Shown: positions 28,032 to 40,600, counted from the first letter of the stretch. The stretch: 64,000 nt of DNA from Phyllobates terribilis (GCF_046119375.1 NW_027362765.1:90830001-90894000), one strand, 5' to 3'. A program made the numbers and translations. Notes: a model not told the origin generated them from the sequence alone.

Positions 28032-29169
28032 TGTAACGGGTCTGGGAGGTGGAACCTCTGAGCAACTATACAAGGGGGCGGTCCTTGTAAGGAAGCGGGT
28101 GGCTCCCAGGGAAGACGGGCAGGTAGTCACGGCAAGTGACAGGGACAGTCTCTGGGTAGAAGGGCAGGTAGTCACGGCAAGTGATAGGGACAGTCTCTGG
28201 GTAGAAGGACAGACAGGTAGCAGGTGGACGCTCCCAGGTGAGCGGGCAAGAGTCCCTGGACGGGCAGGTGGTCACGGCAAGTGACGGCAGAGCCTCCAGG
28301 TAGACTAGCAGACAGGTAGCAGGTGGACGCTCCAAGGTGAGCGGGCAAGAGTCTCTGGATGGGCAGGTGGTCACGGCAAGTGACGGCAGAGCCTCCAGGT
28401 AGACTAGCAGGCAGGTAGCTGGTGAGCACTCCCAGGTGAGCGGGCAAGAGTCCCTGGACAGGCAGGTGGTCACGGCAAGTGACGGCAGAGCCTCCAGGTA
28501 GGCTAGCAGGCAGGTAGCAGGTGAGCGCTCCCAGGTGAGCGGGCAAGAGTCTCTGGACAGGCAGGAGGTCACGGCAAGTGACAGCAGAGCCTACAGGTAG
28601 GCTAGCAGGCAGGTAGCAGGTGAGCGCTCCCAGGTGAGCGGGCAGGCTGGTCCATAGACAGACTGACAGGTGTAGGAAGGCAGACCGTAGGACCGCAGGC
28701 TTGCAAGCAGATAAGCGGATATCAGGCAGGTATCAAGCAGGAATCTGGCAGGTGACTGGCAGGTAACAGGCAGGAATCTGGCAGGTGACTGGCAGGTAAC
28801 AAGCAGGAATCTGGCAGGTGACTGGCAGGTAACAAGCAGGAATCTGGCAGGTGACTGGTAGGTAACTGGTAACAGGACCTGAGGGCTGAAGCAGAGTGAA
28901 GGCTTTGCAACAACATTGCTCGGGCACCTCCATTTTGGAGGAGGTGCCTTATATATGGTGAAGTCCTCCGGCCATTGGCCGGGGACTCCTTAGGACGGCG
29001 CGTGCGGCCCCTTCAAGAGAGGGGGAGCGCGCGCGCGCGCGCCCTAAGCACCGTGGCCGGGAAGCAGCGCGCGCTGCCAGCAGAGCGGGAGGAAGACGCC
29101 GGGCACGGAGCGGAGAGGTGAGGGGAACAGCGTCCCTGTCTAGCAGGAGGCAGGGACGCCGACGCTACA
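28032..29169 (-). repeat. 3' LTR (1138 bp) with internal 45-, 99- and 33-bp tandem arrays
   Basis: Homologous to 33359-34716; TATATAA at 28949-28955 on the minus strand. Confidence 0.95.
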
Positions 29170-29189
29170 GTACCCCCCCCTTTAGGCCC

Positions 29190-32100
29190 CCCCTTTTTTA
29201 GGCCAGAGAGAAATTTATCAAGGATGAGAGGGGCATGGATGTTCTCCCGGGGCTCCCACATTCTCTCCTCAGGACCAAACCCCTTCCAATCTACCAGAAA
29301 AAAGGTTTTTCCTCTTACCCTTTTGGTGGCCAGAAAGTTCTCTACCTCAAACTCGTTCTCAGCGGAAACCGGAGCAGGGGGCGTACCTGTAGACTTGGAA
29401 AAAGAGTGAAGTACCACGGGTTTGAGGAGAGATACATGGAAGGAGTTAGGGATCCGTAAGTTGGCCGGGAGTTTCAATTTATAGGCCACCGGATTGATTT
29501 GTTTGATAACTTCCAGTGGGCCGATGAACCGAGGCCCTAACTTGTAGGAGGGAATCTTGAGCCGGACATACTTGACGAGAGCCAGACTTTATCTCCAGGA
29601 TGGAATTGTGGGGGATCCAGGCGTTTTTTGTCAGCGTGTTTTTTCATCCGCTCGGACGACTGAAGGAGTGCGGATCGGGTACTCTCCCAAATGGAGGAGA
29701 ATTCGCTAACGAGAGATTCCGCAGCCGGATTGTCCACCGAGGTGGAGACGGGAAATGGGATCCGAGGATGCTGACCAAAGACTACAAAAAACGGGGATTT
29801 GGAGGAAGATTCGCTCTCATGATTATTGTAAGAGAACTCAGCCCATGGTAGGAGATCCACCCAGTCCGAATGGTGGGCATTAACGAAGTGCCGGAGGTAA
29901 CTGGTCAGGTACTGATTGATCCACTCCACTTGACCATTGGACTGTGGGTGGTAAGCGGAGGAGAAGTCCAGAGTGACGTCAAGCAACTTACATGTGGCTC
30001 TCCAGAAGCGTGAGGTGAACTGAACCCCACGATCCGACACGATGTGGAGGGGCAGGCCATGGAGACGGAAGATGTGGCGGATAAAGTCTTTAGCCAGTTC
30101 GGGTGCAGACGGGAGACCCGGCAGGGGAATGAAGTGCGCCATCTTGGAAAAGCGATCAGCGACCACCCAAATGACCGTACAACCGGCAGAGACAGGGAGA
30201 TCCGTTATAAAGTCCATAGCTATATGCTGCCACGGGGCAGCAGGTACTGGAAGAGGAAGGAGGCGACCGGCTGGCAGGTGTCTCGGAACTTTGTTGCGGG
30301 CGCAGGACACACAGGTTGAAACAAAGTCTATTACATCCTTGTGCAGGGTAGGCCACCAGTAATGCCGGGTAATGAGCTGGAGGGTCTTTTTCTGACCGGC
30401 GTGGCCAGCTAGTTTAGACGAGTGACCCCAGTGTAGGACCTTCTTCCGATCAGGTACTGTAACGAGCGTCTTACCGGGAGGGAGACGATTTAGATTCACT
30501 GGGGCCACTTGCATTACTCTGGCGGGATCAATGATGTGCTTAGGTTCCTCCTCTAGATCAGATACCAGGAAGGATCGGGAAAAGGCGTCAGCTTTGATGT
30601 TTTTGTCTGCCGGGCGAAAATGAAGAACGAAATCAAAGCGGGCAAAAAATAAGGACCACCGGGCTTTGCGCGGGTTAAGTCTCTGGGCGCTCTGAAGGTA
30701 AGCCAAGTTCTTGTGGTCCGTGTAAATTATTACCGGGTGAAGAGCCCCCTCGAGCAGGTAACGCCACTCCTCCAGTGCCAACTTAATGGCTAACAATTCT
30801 CGGTCTCCAATAGAATAATTGCGCTCAGAAGAGGAGAAGAGTTTGGAGAAGAAGCCGCAGGTTACCATTCTTCCGGAAGGCGACTTTTGGGTAAGTACCG
30901 CTCCGGCTCCAGAGGAGGAGGCGTCAACTTCCAGGAAGAATTGTTTGTTGCTGTCTGGACGATGCAGCACTGGGGCGGAAGAGAAAGCCTGTTTTAAGGA
31001 AAGAAAGGCCTCCTCTGCTTCGGGCGGCCATTCTCTGGGATTAGTACCCTTACGGGTGAGAGCAGAGATTGGGGCAGTCCGGGAAGAGAAGTGCGGAATG
31101 AAGAGGCGGTAGTAGTTGGCGAAACCCAGGAACCGCTGAATAGCTTTCAACCCCTCTGGTCGTGGCCACTTCTGGATGGCAGACAGTTTCTCAGGATCCA
31201 TTCGTAGGCCGGTCTGAGAGATTATATAGCCCAGAAACGGAAGCGAGGTCTGCTCAAAGAGGCACTTCTCATATTTAGCGTAGAGGTGGTTCTGCCTGAG
31301 CAGGACCTGACGAACGTCCCTCCGGTGTGTGAGGAGATCCGGAGAAAAGAGCAAGATGTCGTCCAGGTACACCACTACGCAGGAGTAGAGAAGGTCCCGG
31401 AAGATGTCATTGACCAACTCTTGAAAGATGGCAGGAGCGTTACAGAGACTGAAAGGCATTACGAGGTATTCATAGTGGCCGTCCTGGGTGTTGAATGCCG
31501 TCTTCCATTCATCCCCCTGACGGATAAGGACCAGGTTATACGCCCCACGGAGGTCCAGCTTGGTGAAGATTCTAGCCCCCCTCAGACGGTCAAATAATTC
31601 CGGAATAAGCGGAAGGGGGTATTTATTCTTCACCGTGATCTGGTTAAGGCCTCTATAGTTTATACAGGGACGGAGTGAGCCGTCCTTCTTTTTGACGAAG
31701 AAGAAGCCTGCTCCCGCCGGGGAGGTAGATTTCCGGATGAATCCCCGGGCCAGATTCTCCTCAATATATTCAGACATGGACCGGGTCTCAGCAGCGGACA
31801 AAGGGTAAATGCGCCCACGGGGAGGAGTAGCGCCGGGCATCAGGTCGATTGGGCAGGCGTATGGTCTATGAGCGGGTAATGTCTTTGCCTCCTTTTTATT
31901 AAAGACGTCCGCATAAGACCAATAAGGAACCGGAAGACCAGGTAGGTTGGCTGGAGTAGGAGAAGGACGGACAGGATGGACGGGAACTAAACAAGTCTTA
32001 TGGCAGTCCTGTCCCCAGCGAAGGACTTCTCCGGTCTGCCAATCAAGCACGGGTGCATGTTTCTGAAGCCAAGGTAGGCCTAGTAAAAGGGCGTGAGAGA

Positions 32101-32431
32101 GTCCAGGCAGAACATGAAAGATGATGCTCTCTGAGTGCAGCATTCCCACCTGCAGGGTTATGGATTCGGTGATGAGTTGGATGGGATGTGGTAAGAGGCC
32201 CCCATCCACGGCAGCAACAGATAAGGGTACAGCTAGAGATTTGGTGGGAATGCGGTATTTCTCTACCAGGGACTGAGAAATGAGATTTCCGGCAGCTCCA
32301 GAGTCAAGTTGGGCAAGTTCAAAATAACGGTTCTCCCCGCAGATGATAGAGACCGACAGCAACAGAGATTGAGAGGGTTTACTCTTGTCTAGGACGACCT
32401 CTCTGCGTGATCCTAGACACAGGCGTTTCCC
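29190..32431 (-). CDS. pol: pol polyprotein (PR, RT, RNase H, IN, chromodomain) with one 1-bp frameshift near 29575
   Basis: LDSGA, YLDD, EVDASS, H2C2 Zn finger, HIAMDF...SDRG...QSNGQVE; distal frame FEVENFL...FLVDWKGFGPEERMWEP (chromodomain). Confidence 0.95.
32371..32431 (-). promoter_or_regulatory. -1 programmed ribosomal frameshift signal (G GGA AAC + stem-loop/pseudoknot)
   Basis: Heptamer at 32425-32431; 5-nt spacer; 9-bp stem TGTCTAGGA/TCCTAGACA; the -1 frame is open into pol. Confidence 0.8.
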
Positions 32432-33345
32432 GACCTCTCCGGGCAGGAACGGATCCGGTGCTCCTTACTGCCACAGTAGAAGCAGCTCCCCTCGGCTCGG
32501 CGTAACTCTTGACGGGTTTCGACCTGCATAGGCTCGGGAGAGTGCGCCGGGGGAGTAACGGGAGAAATGACGGATTTCTGGAAGGTAGGGGCTAGACGTG
32601 GAAACTTCCTCTCACGGGTGACCTCTTTGGCGCGCTCCTGGAACCGGATGTCAATCCGGGTGGCAAGGGTTATTAAGTCGTCGAGAGTGGTAGGAATGTC
32701 CCGACCGGCGAGTTCATCTTTAATACGGCCGGACAGACCCTCCCAAAAGACAGACACCAGGGTGTCGTTATCCCAGGCCAGCTCCGAAGCAAGGGTACGG
32801 AACCGTATGGCATATTGGCCCACAGTGAGATTTCCTTGACGGAGGCGTAGCAGAGATGATGCGGATGAGGTCTTCCGTCCTGGTTCGTCGAAGACTTTCC
32901 GGAAGGCCGTGAGAAAGGCTGGCAGGTTGGACACCAGGGGGTCTCCTCTCTCCCATAGAGGATTTAGCCAAGCCAGTGCCTCTCCCGTGAGATGGGACAT
33001 GATAAAGGCTACTCTGGCTCGGTCAGTGGAAAACTGGTGTGTCAACAGTTCGAAGTGCAGAGTGCACTGGTTAATGAAGCCCAGTGCCTGGCTGGGATCT
33101 CCGCCAAAACGAGGAGGAGCGGAGAGGCGGGGACCGGGAAGAGATGCCATGGTGTTGATGGGCTGCGGCGGTGCCGGGGTAGTAAGTGTGCGAGTGGAGG
33201 CCGCTCCCGAAGAGGTAGTCAAAGTGTCCAGGCGGGAGTTAACACTACGCAGGTGACTCAGGATGGACTCCTGTTGGGACCTCTGACGGGAAAGTTCATG
33301 ACATAGGTCCGAGAGCGAGGGAACTTGGGTGCCACCGGATTCCAT
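32413..33345 (-). CDS. gag: gag (Ty3-type capsid + CCHC knuckle), 310 aa, intact
   Basis: PPRFGGDP, FIMSHLTGEALAW, LRQG...YAIRF, CFYCGSKEHRIRSC. Confidence 0.93.
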   Translation of the reverse strand: MESGGTQVPSLSDLCHELSRQRSQQESILSHLRSVNSRLDTLTTSSGAASTRTLTTPAPPQPINTMASLPGPRLSAPPRFGGDPSQALGFINQCTLHFELLTHQFSTDRARVAFIMSHLTGEALAWLNPLWERGDPLVSNLPAFLTAFRKVFDEPGRKTSSASSLLRLRQGNLTVGQYAIRFRTLASELAWDNDTLVSVFWEGLSGRIKDELAGRDIPTTLDDLITLATRIDIRFQERAKEVTRERKFPRLAPTFQKSVISPVTPPAHSPEPMQVETRQELRRAEGSCFYCGSKEHRIRSCPERSGNACV

Positions 33346-33346
33346 G

Positions 33347-33356
33347 GCCCGAGCAA
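33347..33356 (-). promoter_or_regulatory. Self-priming primer-binding site (TTGCTCGGGC)
   Basis: Immediately follows the 5' LTR; no tRNA-type TGG start; perfectly complementary to GCCCGAGCAA located 30 nt downstream of the LTR TATA box. Confidence 0.8.
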
Positions 33357-33358
33357 AC

Positions 33359-34716
33359 TGTAACGGGTCTGGGAGGTGGAACCTCTGAGCAACTATACAA
33401 GGGGGCGGTCCTTGTAAGGAAGCGGGTGGCTCCCAGGGAAGACGGGCCGGTAGTCACGGCAAGTGACAGGGACAGTCTCTGGGTAGAAGGGCAGGTAGTC
33501 ACGGCAAGTGACAGGGACAGTCTCTGGGTAGAAGAGCAGGTAGTCACGGCAAGTGATAGGGACAGTCTCTGGGTAGAAGGACAGACAGGTAGCAGGTGGA
33601 CGCTCCCAGGTGAGCGGGCAAGAGTCTCTGGATGGGCAGGTGGTCACGGCAAGTGACGGCAGAGCCTCCAGGTAGGCTAGCAGGCAGGTAGCAGGAGAGC
33701 GCTCCCAGGTGAGCGAGCAAGAGTCTCTGGACAGGCAGGTGGTCACGGCAAGTGACGGCAGAGCCTCCAGGTAGACTAGCAGACAGGTAACAGGTGGACG
33801 CTCCCAGGTGAGCGGGCAGGAGTCTCTGGATGGGCAGGTGGTCACGGCAAGTGACGGCAGAGGCTCCAGGTAGGCTAGCAGGCAGGTAGCAGGAGAGCGC
33901 TCCCAGGTGAGCGAGCAAGAGTCTCTGGACAGGCAGGTGGTCACGGCAAGTGACGGCAGAGCCTCCAGGTAGGCAAGCAGGCAGGTAGCAGGTGAGCGCT
34001 CCCAGGTGAGTGGGCAAGAGTCTCTGGACAGGCAGGTGGTCACGGCAAGTGACGGCAGAGCCTCCAGGTAGGCTAGCAGGCAGGTAGCAGGTGAGCGCTC
34101 CCAGGTGAGCGGGCAAGAGTCTCTGGACAGGCAGGAGGTCACGGCAAGTGACAGCAGAGCCTCCAGGTAGGCTAGCAGGCAGGTAGCATGTGAGCGCTCC
34201 CAGGTGAGCGGGCAGGCTGGTCCATAGACAGACTGACAGGTGTCCGAAGGCAGACCGTCGGACCGCAGGCTTGCAAGCAGATAAGCGGATATCAGGCAGG
34301 CATCAAGCAGGAATCTGGCAGGTGACTGGCAGGTAACAGGCAGGAATCTGGCAGGTGACTGGCAGGTAACAAGCAGGAATCTGGCAGGTGACTGGCAGGT
34401 AACAAGCAGGAATCTGGCAGGTGACTGGCAGGTAACTGGTAACAGGACCTGAGGGCTGAAGCAGAGTGAAGGCTTTGCAACAACATTGGAGGAGGTGCCT
34501 TATATATGGTGAAGTCCTCCGGCCATTGGCCGGGGACTACTTAGGACGGCGCGCGCGGCCCCTTTAAGAGAGGGGGAGCGCGCGCGTGCCCTAAGCACCG
34601 TGGCCGGGAAACAGCGCGCGCTGCTAGCAGAGCGGGAGGAAGACGCCGGGCACGGAGTGGAGAGGTGAGGGGAACAGCGTCCCTGCCTAGCAGGAGGCAG
34701 GGACGCCGACGCTACA
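33359..34716 (-). repeat. 5' LTR (1358 bp)
   Basis: Homologous to the 3' LTR with extra array units and a 19-bp deletion at the predicted transcription start. Confidence 0.95.
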
Positions 34717-34741
34717 ACATGTATCAGAAGAAATGGGTGGA

Positions 34742-35690
34742 TTCAGTCCCCAGCCGCCACTGTTTCTCCCGATGTCGTCTCCGCCTTCCTGAAGCACGGG
34801 TCCCACAACATTACCCGTGCCCTCCCCAGTGCACTTGCTGGGAAGGACTGCCTAACCACAAACACGTAGACAGGTGAATGTGGCTAGGGACGGTACGGAG
34901 CCAGTCCACAGCTTTTTTTGCTGAGTTTTATTTCACCACAGCCATATTCTTTAGCTTGGTAAAAGGACTTGGGAAACCATATCTACCCAGCTGTCATTTC
35001 TCCCAGGAAGTCCTCTAAAGCTGCTTTCACTTGAAATGTGGCCTTTTAGGCTCGTGGAGGCGGAAGCTTTTCACAACCTCATGCCGGCAGCGACCGGGTA
35101 TCCATACTCGGTCCTCAGCCGCCGCCATTATTTTTGCCCAGTTTCGTCTCTGCCTTCCATAAGCATGGGTCCCACATTACCCGTGCCCTCCCCAGTGCAC
35201 TTACTTGGAAGGACCGCCTAACCACAAACACGTGGACAAGTGAATGTGGCCAGGGACGGTACGGAGCCAGTCCACAGCTTTTTTTGCTGAGTTGTATTTC
35301 ACCACAGCCATATTCTTTAGCTTGGTAAAAGGACTTGGGAAACCATATCTACCCAGCTTTCATTTCTCCCAGGAAGTCCTCTAAAGCTGCTTTCACTTGA
35401 AATGTGGCCTTTTAGGCTTGTGGAGTCGGAAGCTTTTCACAACCTCATGCCAGCGGCGGCCGAGTGTCCATACTCGGTCCCCAGCCGCCATTATTGTTCC
35501 CAGTATCGTCTCCGCCTTCCTCAAGCACAGGTCCCACAACATAACCCGTGCCCTCCCCAGTGCACTTACTGGGAAGGACTGCCTACCCACAAACACGTGG
35601 ACAGGTGAATGTGGCCAGGGACGGTACGGAGCCAGTCCACAACTTTTTTTGATGAGAGTTGTATTTCACTCGGTGAAAGGACTGGCATAG
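34742..35690 (+). repeat. Tandem ~366-bp copies of a hAT transposase fragment, antisense to the element's own transposase
   Basis: Three units starting CACTTGAAATGTGGCC (~24230, split by the CR1; ~35027; ~35393) encoding PFRLVE..AF.NLM...YSV...LTT.TW. Confidence 0.85.
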
Positions 35691-36489
35691 AGGGAAACTG
35701 TATCTACTCTGGGTGTCATTTCTCCGTCACCAGGTTCCACCCATTGTCACACACGACCATGCCTGGCTGTATGTTCAGCCAGTGAGAGCAACAGAACAGG
35801 CTGCTGTGTTACAGGTTTCAACAACTATGCAGCACTGGGCGGTTTGTCAATTAAGCATTAAGCATGTTATCTTCAGCACAACCTGTTGCCGCTTGGCCAA
35901 GGCAGTGCTGCAGTGCTGTCAGCTTGTGACTGATGTGGTCATTTCGGAGATGGAGGAGGAGGTGCAGGAGCTGAACAATGTGATTACATTGAGGTTAAAT
36001 TGGTGACGCTGATTTTTATACTAAAGAAAGATGCTATTGTTTTGTTTTATTTACGTTTTTTTTAAGACAAATGCACTCACCGGGAAATTTCATTTTAACA
36101 TTTTACAACCTTATCTGGCAATGTGGTGTGTGACACATCATCAGACACATCCTGTTTTATTTATGATGGAGGGACTCTGAAAGTCATAAAGACTATATTT
36201 ATAGGGCCATCAGATGGCCCTTACTATTCTTAAAAGGCCAGGAGTCAGCCCTCGCTATTGTTAGAGAGCCAACAGCCGGCTATGCTTTGTTGTTCCCATT
36301 ATTAACAAGTGGGTCTCCTATACTGTTATTGCTTATCCAGTGACTGCAAGGGCTTCCAAAAATTTGGACTCAACCCCATACCCCTTTGAAGAGACATAGA
36401 GGAGGGTCTCAGTAAAAAAAATGTTCCCATTATAAAGGAGCGGGTCTCCTATAGTGGTAATGCCCATGCTGTGACTGCAAGGGCTGCCA

Positions 36490-37260
36490 AAATTTGGGAA
36501 AAACCCCACTAAGAATTTAAAGACACATAGAGCAGGGCCACAGTAACGACAAATTCCCATAAGAAAGGAGAGAGTCTGCTATACAGTTATAGGGTATGCA
36601 GTGAGTCCAACGGCTGACCAATTTTAGGAAAAACCCCACTAAGAATTTAAAGACACATAGAGCAGGGCCACAGTAACGATAAATTCCCATTAGAAAGGAG
36701 AGAGTCTGCTCTACGGTTATAGGGTATGCAGTGAGTCCAACAGCTGACCAATTTTAGGAAAAATCCCATAAGAAATTAAAGACACATAGAACAGGGCCAC
36801 AGAAACGACAAATTCCCATTAGAAAGGAGAGAGTCTGCTATACAGTTATAGGGTATGCAGTGAGTCCAAAGGCTGACCAATTTTAGGAAAAAAAAACCTA
36901 AGAATTTAAAGACACATAGCGCAGGGCCACAGTAATGACAAATTCCCATTAGAAAGGAGAGAGTCTGCTATACAGTTATAGAGTATGCAGTGAGTCCAAA
37001 GGCTGACCAATTTTAGGAAAAAACCCCACTAAGAATTTAAAGACACATAGAGCAGGGCCACATTAATTACAAATTCCCATTAGAAAGGAGAGAGTCTGCT
37101 ATACAGTTATAGGGTATGCAGTGAGACCAAATGCTGACCAATTTTAGGAAAAACCCCACTAAGAATTTAAAGACACACAGAGCAGGGCCACAGTAACGAC
37201 AAATTCCCATTAGAAAGGAGAGAGTCTCCTATAGTGTTGGCCTATGCAGTGAATGCAAGG
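36490..37260. repeat. ~130-bp tandem array (about 6 copies) inside the hAT element
   Basis: Repeated AAGAATTTAAAGACACATAGAGCAGGGCCACAGTAA... Confidence 0.9.
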
Positions 37261-37652
37261 GCTGTCAAAAATTTGGAGGCACTTCAATGCCCCTTGGAAG
37301 AGACGTGGAGGAGGGCCTCATAAAAAATTTTTCCCATTAGAAAGGAGCGGGCCTCCTATACTTGTAATGCCCATGCACTAAGTGTATGGGCTGACAAACA
37401 TTTACCCCTGGGGGGTATACATGAACATACTGTATAAAAAAAATTATTTTTACGGGCATCATAAACACCCTTTAAAAAAATTATGTGGGTGTTGCATAAT
37501 GGACCACGGTCACCCTGGTGATATGGTGGTGGAGGATGAGAAGAAGGAGGAGGACAAGAGCAAATAGCCAAAATCAGGAAGTGTATACCCATGTGTGGGT
37601 GTGAAAAGGTGCATGGTAACACACCTCCCAAGAAAATACACTGGATTTGAGT

Positions 37653-40600
37653 TTATGTTACGCTGCTATCATTCGGTGGTGTTGAGAAGTCTAGTCCAAT
37701 CCAGCCCTTGTTCATTTTTATAAGAGTCAGCCTGTCAGCATTTTCAATTGACAGGCGGATGCGCTTATCAGTTATAATTCCACCAGCGGCACTAAAAAAC
37801 CGCTCTGATAAAACACTGGCGGCAGGGCAGGACAGGACCTCCAAGGCATAGTGAGCCAGTTCATTCCACGTATCCAGCTTGGATACCCAATAATTATAAG
37901 GCACAACGGAATCACAGAGGATGTTGGTACGGTCGGCAAGGTACTCCCTCAGCATCTTCCCAAACTTTGCACTCCTTGTGAGAGTACCCTGCACCTCAGG
38001 GCCTGTGTGATGGGAGGGTCTGAGAAAACTCTCCCAGAACTTTGACAGTGTTCCCCTACCTCTGCTGGATTGAAGTTGTGTCTCTCTCGCCTGTACTCCT
38101 TGGTTGTCCAACGAAGTGTGCCCTCTGCCGCCAGCGTTTTCAGATGGGAATTTTTTTAATAGTTTTGCAACAAGGGCCTTCTGGTACAGCCCCATTTTTT
38201 TAGACCTGTCCGCCTCAGGAATAAGAGATATAAAGTTCTCGTTGTAGCGTGGGTCTTGAAGTGTCACCAACCAGTAATGACTGTCGCCCAAAATTTTGAG
38301 AACGCGAGGGTCATGGGAAAGGCAGCGTAACATAAACTCAGCCATGCGTGCCAGACTACTAACAGGCAAGACTTCTGTGTCCTCACCAAGAGGATGACAG
38401 ACCATGCTCTCCTCCTCCTCTCTGTCCTCTGGCCATCCACGCTGAACAGACGGTATGACAGATGTGCAGGTAGTACCATCTATAGTGCATGAAACTAGCT
38501 CCTGTCCTTCCTCCTCCTCCTCCTCTTCCTCATTTTCACCCAATCTATGTTGGGATGAGATGAGGCTTGGCTGTGTGTAATCTCCCTGTATGGTTCCTTG
38601 CTCCATCTCATCGTGCTCCGCCTGCAATGCATCCTCTTTGATTGTGAGCAGAGAGCATTTCAGAAGACAGAGAAGCGGGATGGTTACGCTAATTATGGCG
38701 TCATCGCTGCTCAACATCTTGGTGGAGTCCTCAAAGTTTTGGAGGATGGTACATATTTCTGACATCCATGTCTAGTCCTGAGGTATTATGTTTGGAGTCT
38801 GAACTGAATACCGACGGCCTTGTTGATGCTGGTACTCAACAACTGCCCTCTTCTGCTCACAAATCCTTCCCAACATCTGAAATTTAGAGTCCCAAAGTGT
38901 GGGGACATCACACACCAGTCGGTGAGACAGAAACTGCAAGCGCTGCTGAAGCACGGCAAGGTCAGCGTAAGCTGTAGCTGACTTTATAAAATGGACACAC
39001 AGGCGGCGTACTTTGACAAGCATATCCGACAGATCCAGGTAGGTTTTGAGAAACTGCTGAAACACGAGGTTAAGCACATGGGCCAGGCATGGTACGTGTG
39101 TGAGCTCGCCTCACCTCAGAGCCGCCACCAGGTTCCGGCCATTATCACACATGACCATGCCTAGCTGTAGGTTCAGCGGTGTCAGCCACAGATCTGCATG
39201 CTCTTTCAGAGCTGTCCACAAATCTTCAGCGTTGTGTGGTTTGTCACCTAAGCATATTAGCTTCAGCACAGCCTTTTGCCACTTGGCCGAGGCAGTGCTG
39301 TAGTGTTTCCAGCTTGCGACTGATGTGGTCATTTCAGAAATGGATGCTGAAGAGGAGGAGGAGATGCAGGAGCTGTAAAATGTGGGGGCAACCCTGATTG
39401 ACCCAGGGCCCCCAATCCTCGGCATAGGGAGGATGTGTTCCGTCCCAAGGTCCGACTAGGTCCCGGCTTCCACTATGTTAACCCACTGCGCTGTCAGCGA
39501 GATGTACCGTCGCTGCCCACAAGCACGTGTCCATGTGTCTGTGGTTAGGTGGACTTTCCCAGTAACTGCATTGTTGAGGGCACGGCTAATGTTGTGGGAC
39601 ACGTGCTTGTGTAATGCGAGGACGGCACACCGGGAGAAATAGTGGCGGATGGGGACCGAGTACCGAGGGACGGCCGCTGCCATCAGGTTGCGGAAAGCTT
39701 TGGTCTCCACGAGCCTAAAAGGCAACATTTCGAGCGCAAGCATTCGCAAAATGTGTGAATTTAGTAGTATGGCCTGTGCGGTGTTAGCTGCGTATTTGCA
39801 CTTGCGTTTCAAGGACTAGGGTAGGGACAACTGAACGCTGCGCTGGGACAAGGACGTGGACGTGCTTGCTTATAGTGCTAGCTGAGAGTGTTCACCAATA
39901 GGTGAACGGCAGGGCGGGAGACATCTTGTCATGCGCCATGGACAGGGGATTGACGTGCACGCACAACAGCGGAACAAGCAGTGGTGTCACCTGCAGACAC
40001 TATTGCTGGACCCTGGGCTTCGGCCCACAAAGTCGGGTGCTTTGTTGCCATGTGCCTGATCATGTTGGTGGTGGTCAGGCTGCTAGTTTTGCTACCCCTG
40101 CTGATGCTGGCCTGGCAGGTGGTGCAAATGGCCTTTTTGGGGTTATTTGCAGAGTCTTTAAAATACAACCAGATTCGGGAAGATCTAATAGTTGTACTGC
40201 CAACTTCCGTCGTGTTGATGTTACGAGGAACGGTTGCCTGCCTTCTGTCTGCGGCCACCACACTGCTTGTTCTTGCCTGTTGTGGTGGTACGCCTCCCTC
40301 CCCCTGTGTGCTGGTGTCCTCGCTCTGCATGTCACCTTACCAGGTTGGGTTAGTGACTTCATCGTCCACCACCTCCATCTTTCACCCTGGTCGTCCTCCT
40401 GACTTTCTGGCAATTGTGTCTCATCATCTTCCACTTCTTGTGACAGTTTCCCACGGTCGCCTTCGTGTGACTGTGGCTGCTCAAATATTTGGGCATCGCT
40501 ACATGCAATCTCCTCTTGCCCCGCTTCAAGTGGACCGGGCGAGAGGCCCGAATCTATAAATGGAAAAGTGAACAGCTCTTCTGAGTGTCCAAGTGTGGGA

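Larger units (their letters stand above)
28032..34716 (-). mobile_element. Full-length Tf1/sushi-type chromovirus (Gypsy LTR retrotransposon), nearly intact
   Basis: LTRs 28032-29169 and 33359-34716 with TG...CA ends; 5-bp TSD ACATG at 28027-31 and 34717-21; PPT adjacent to 29170; gag, pol and chromodomain present. Confidence 0.97.
24310..34741 (-). mobile_element. CR1 LINE, 5'-truncated within ORF1, split by a Gypsy insertion
   Basis: 3' terminal (TATGTAAC)n repeat at ~24306-24335; ORF2 and ORF1 fragments; FLLI|HVGTND reading frame rejoins across the Gypsy TSD; ends ~20 bp beyond 34721. Confidence 0.93.

Noticed and set aside
28066-34142. Repeat-rich ORFs within the LTR arrays (168-249 aa)
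   Set aside because: Result of 99- and 45-bp units whose lengths are multiples of three
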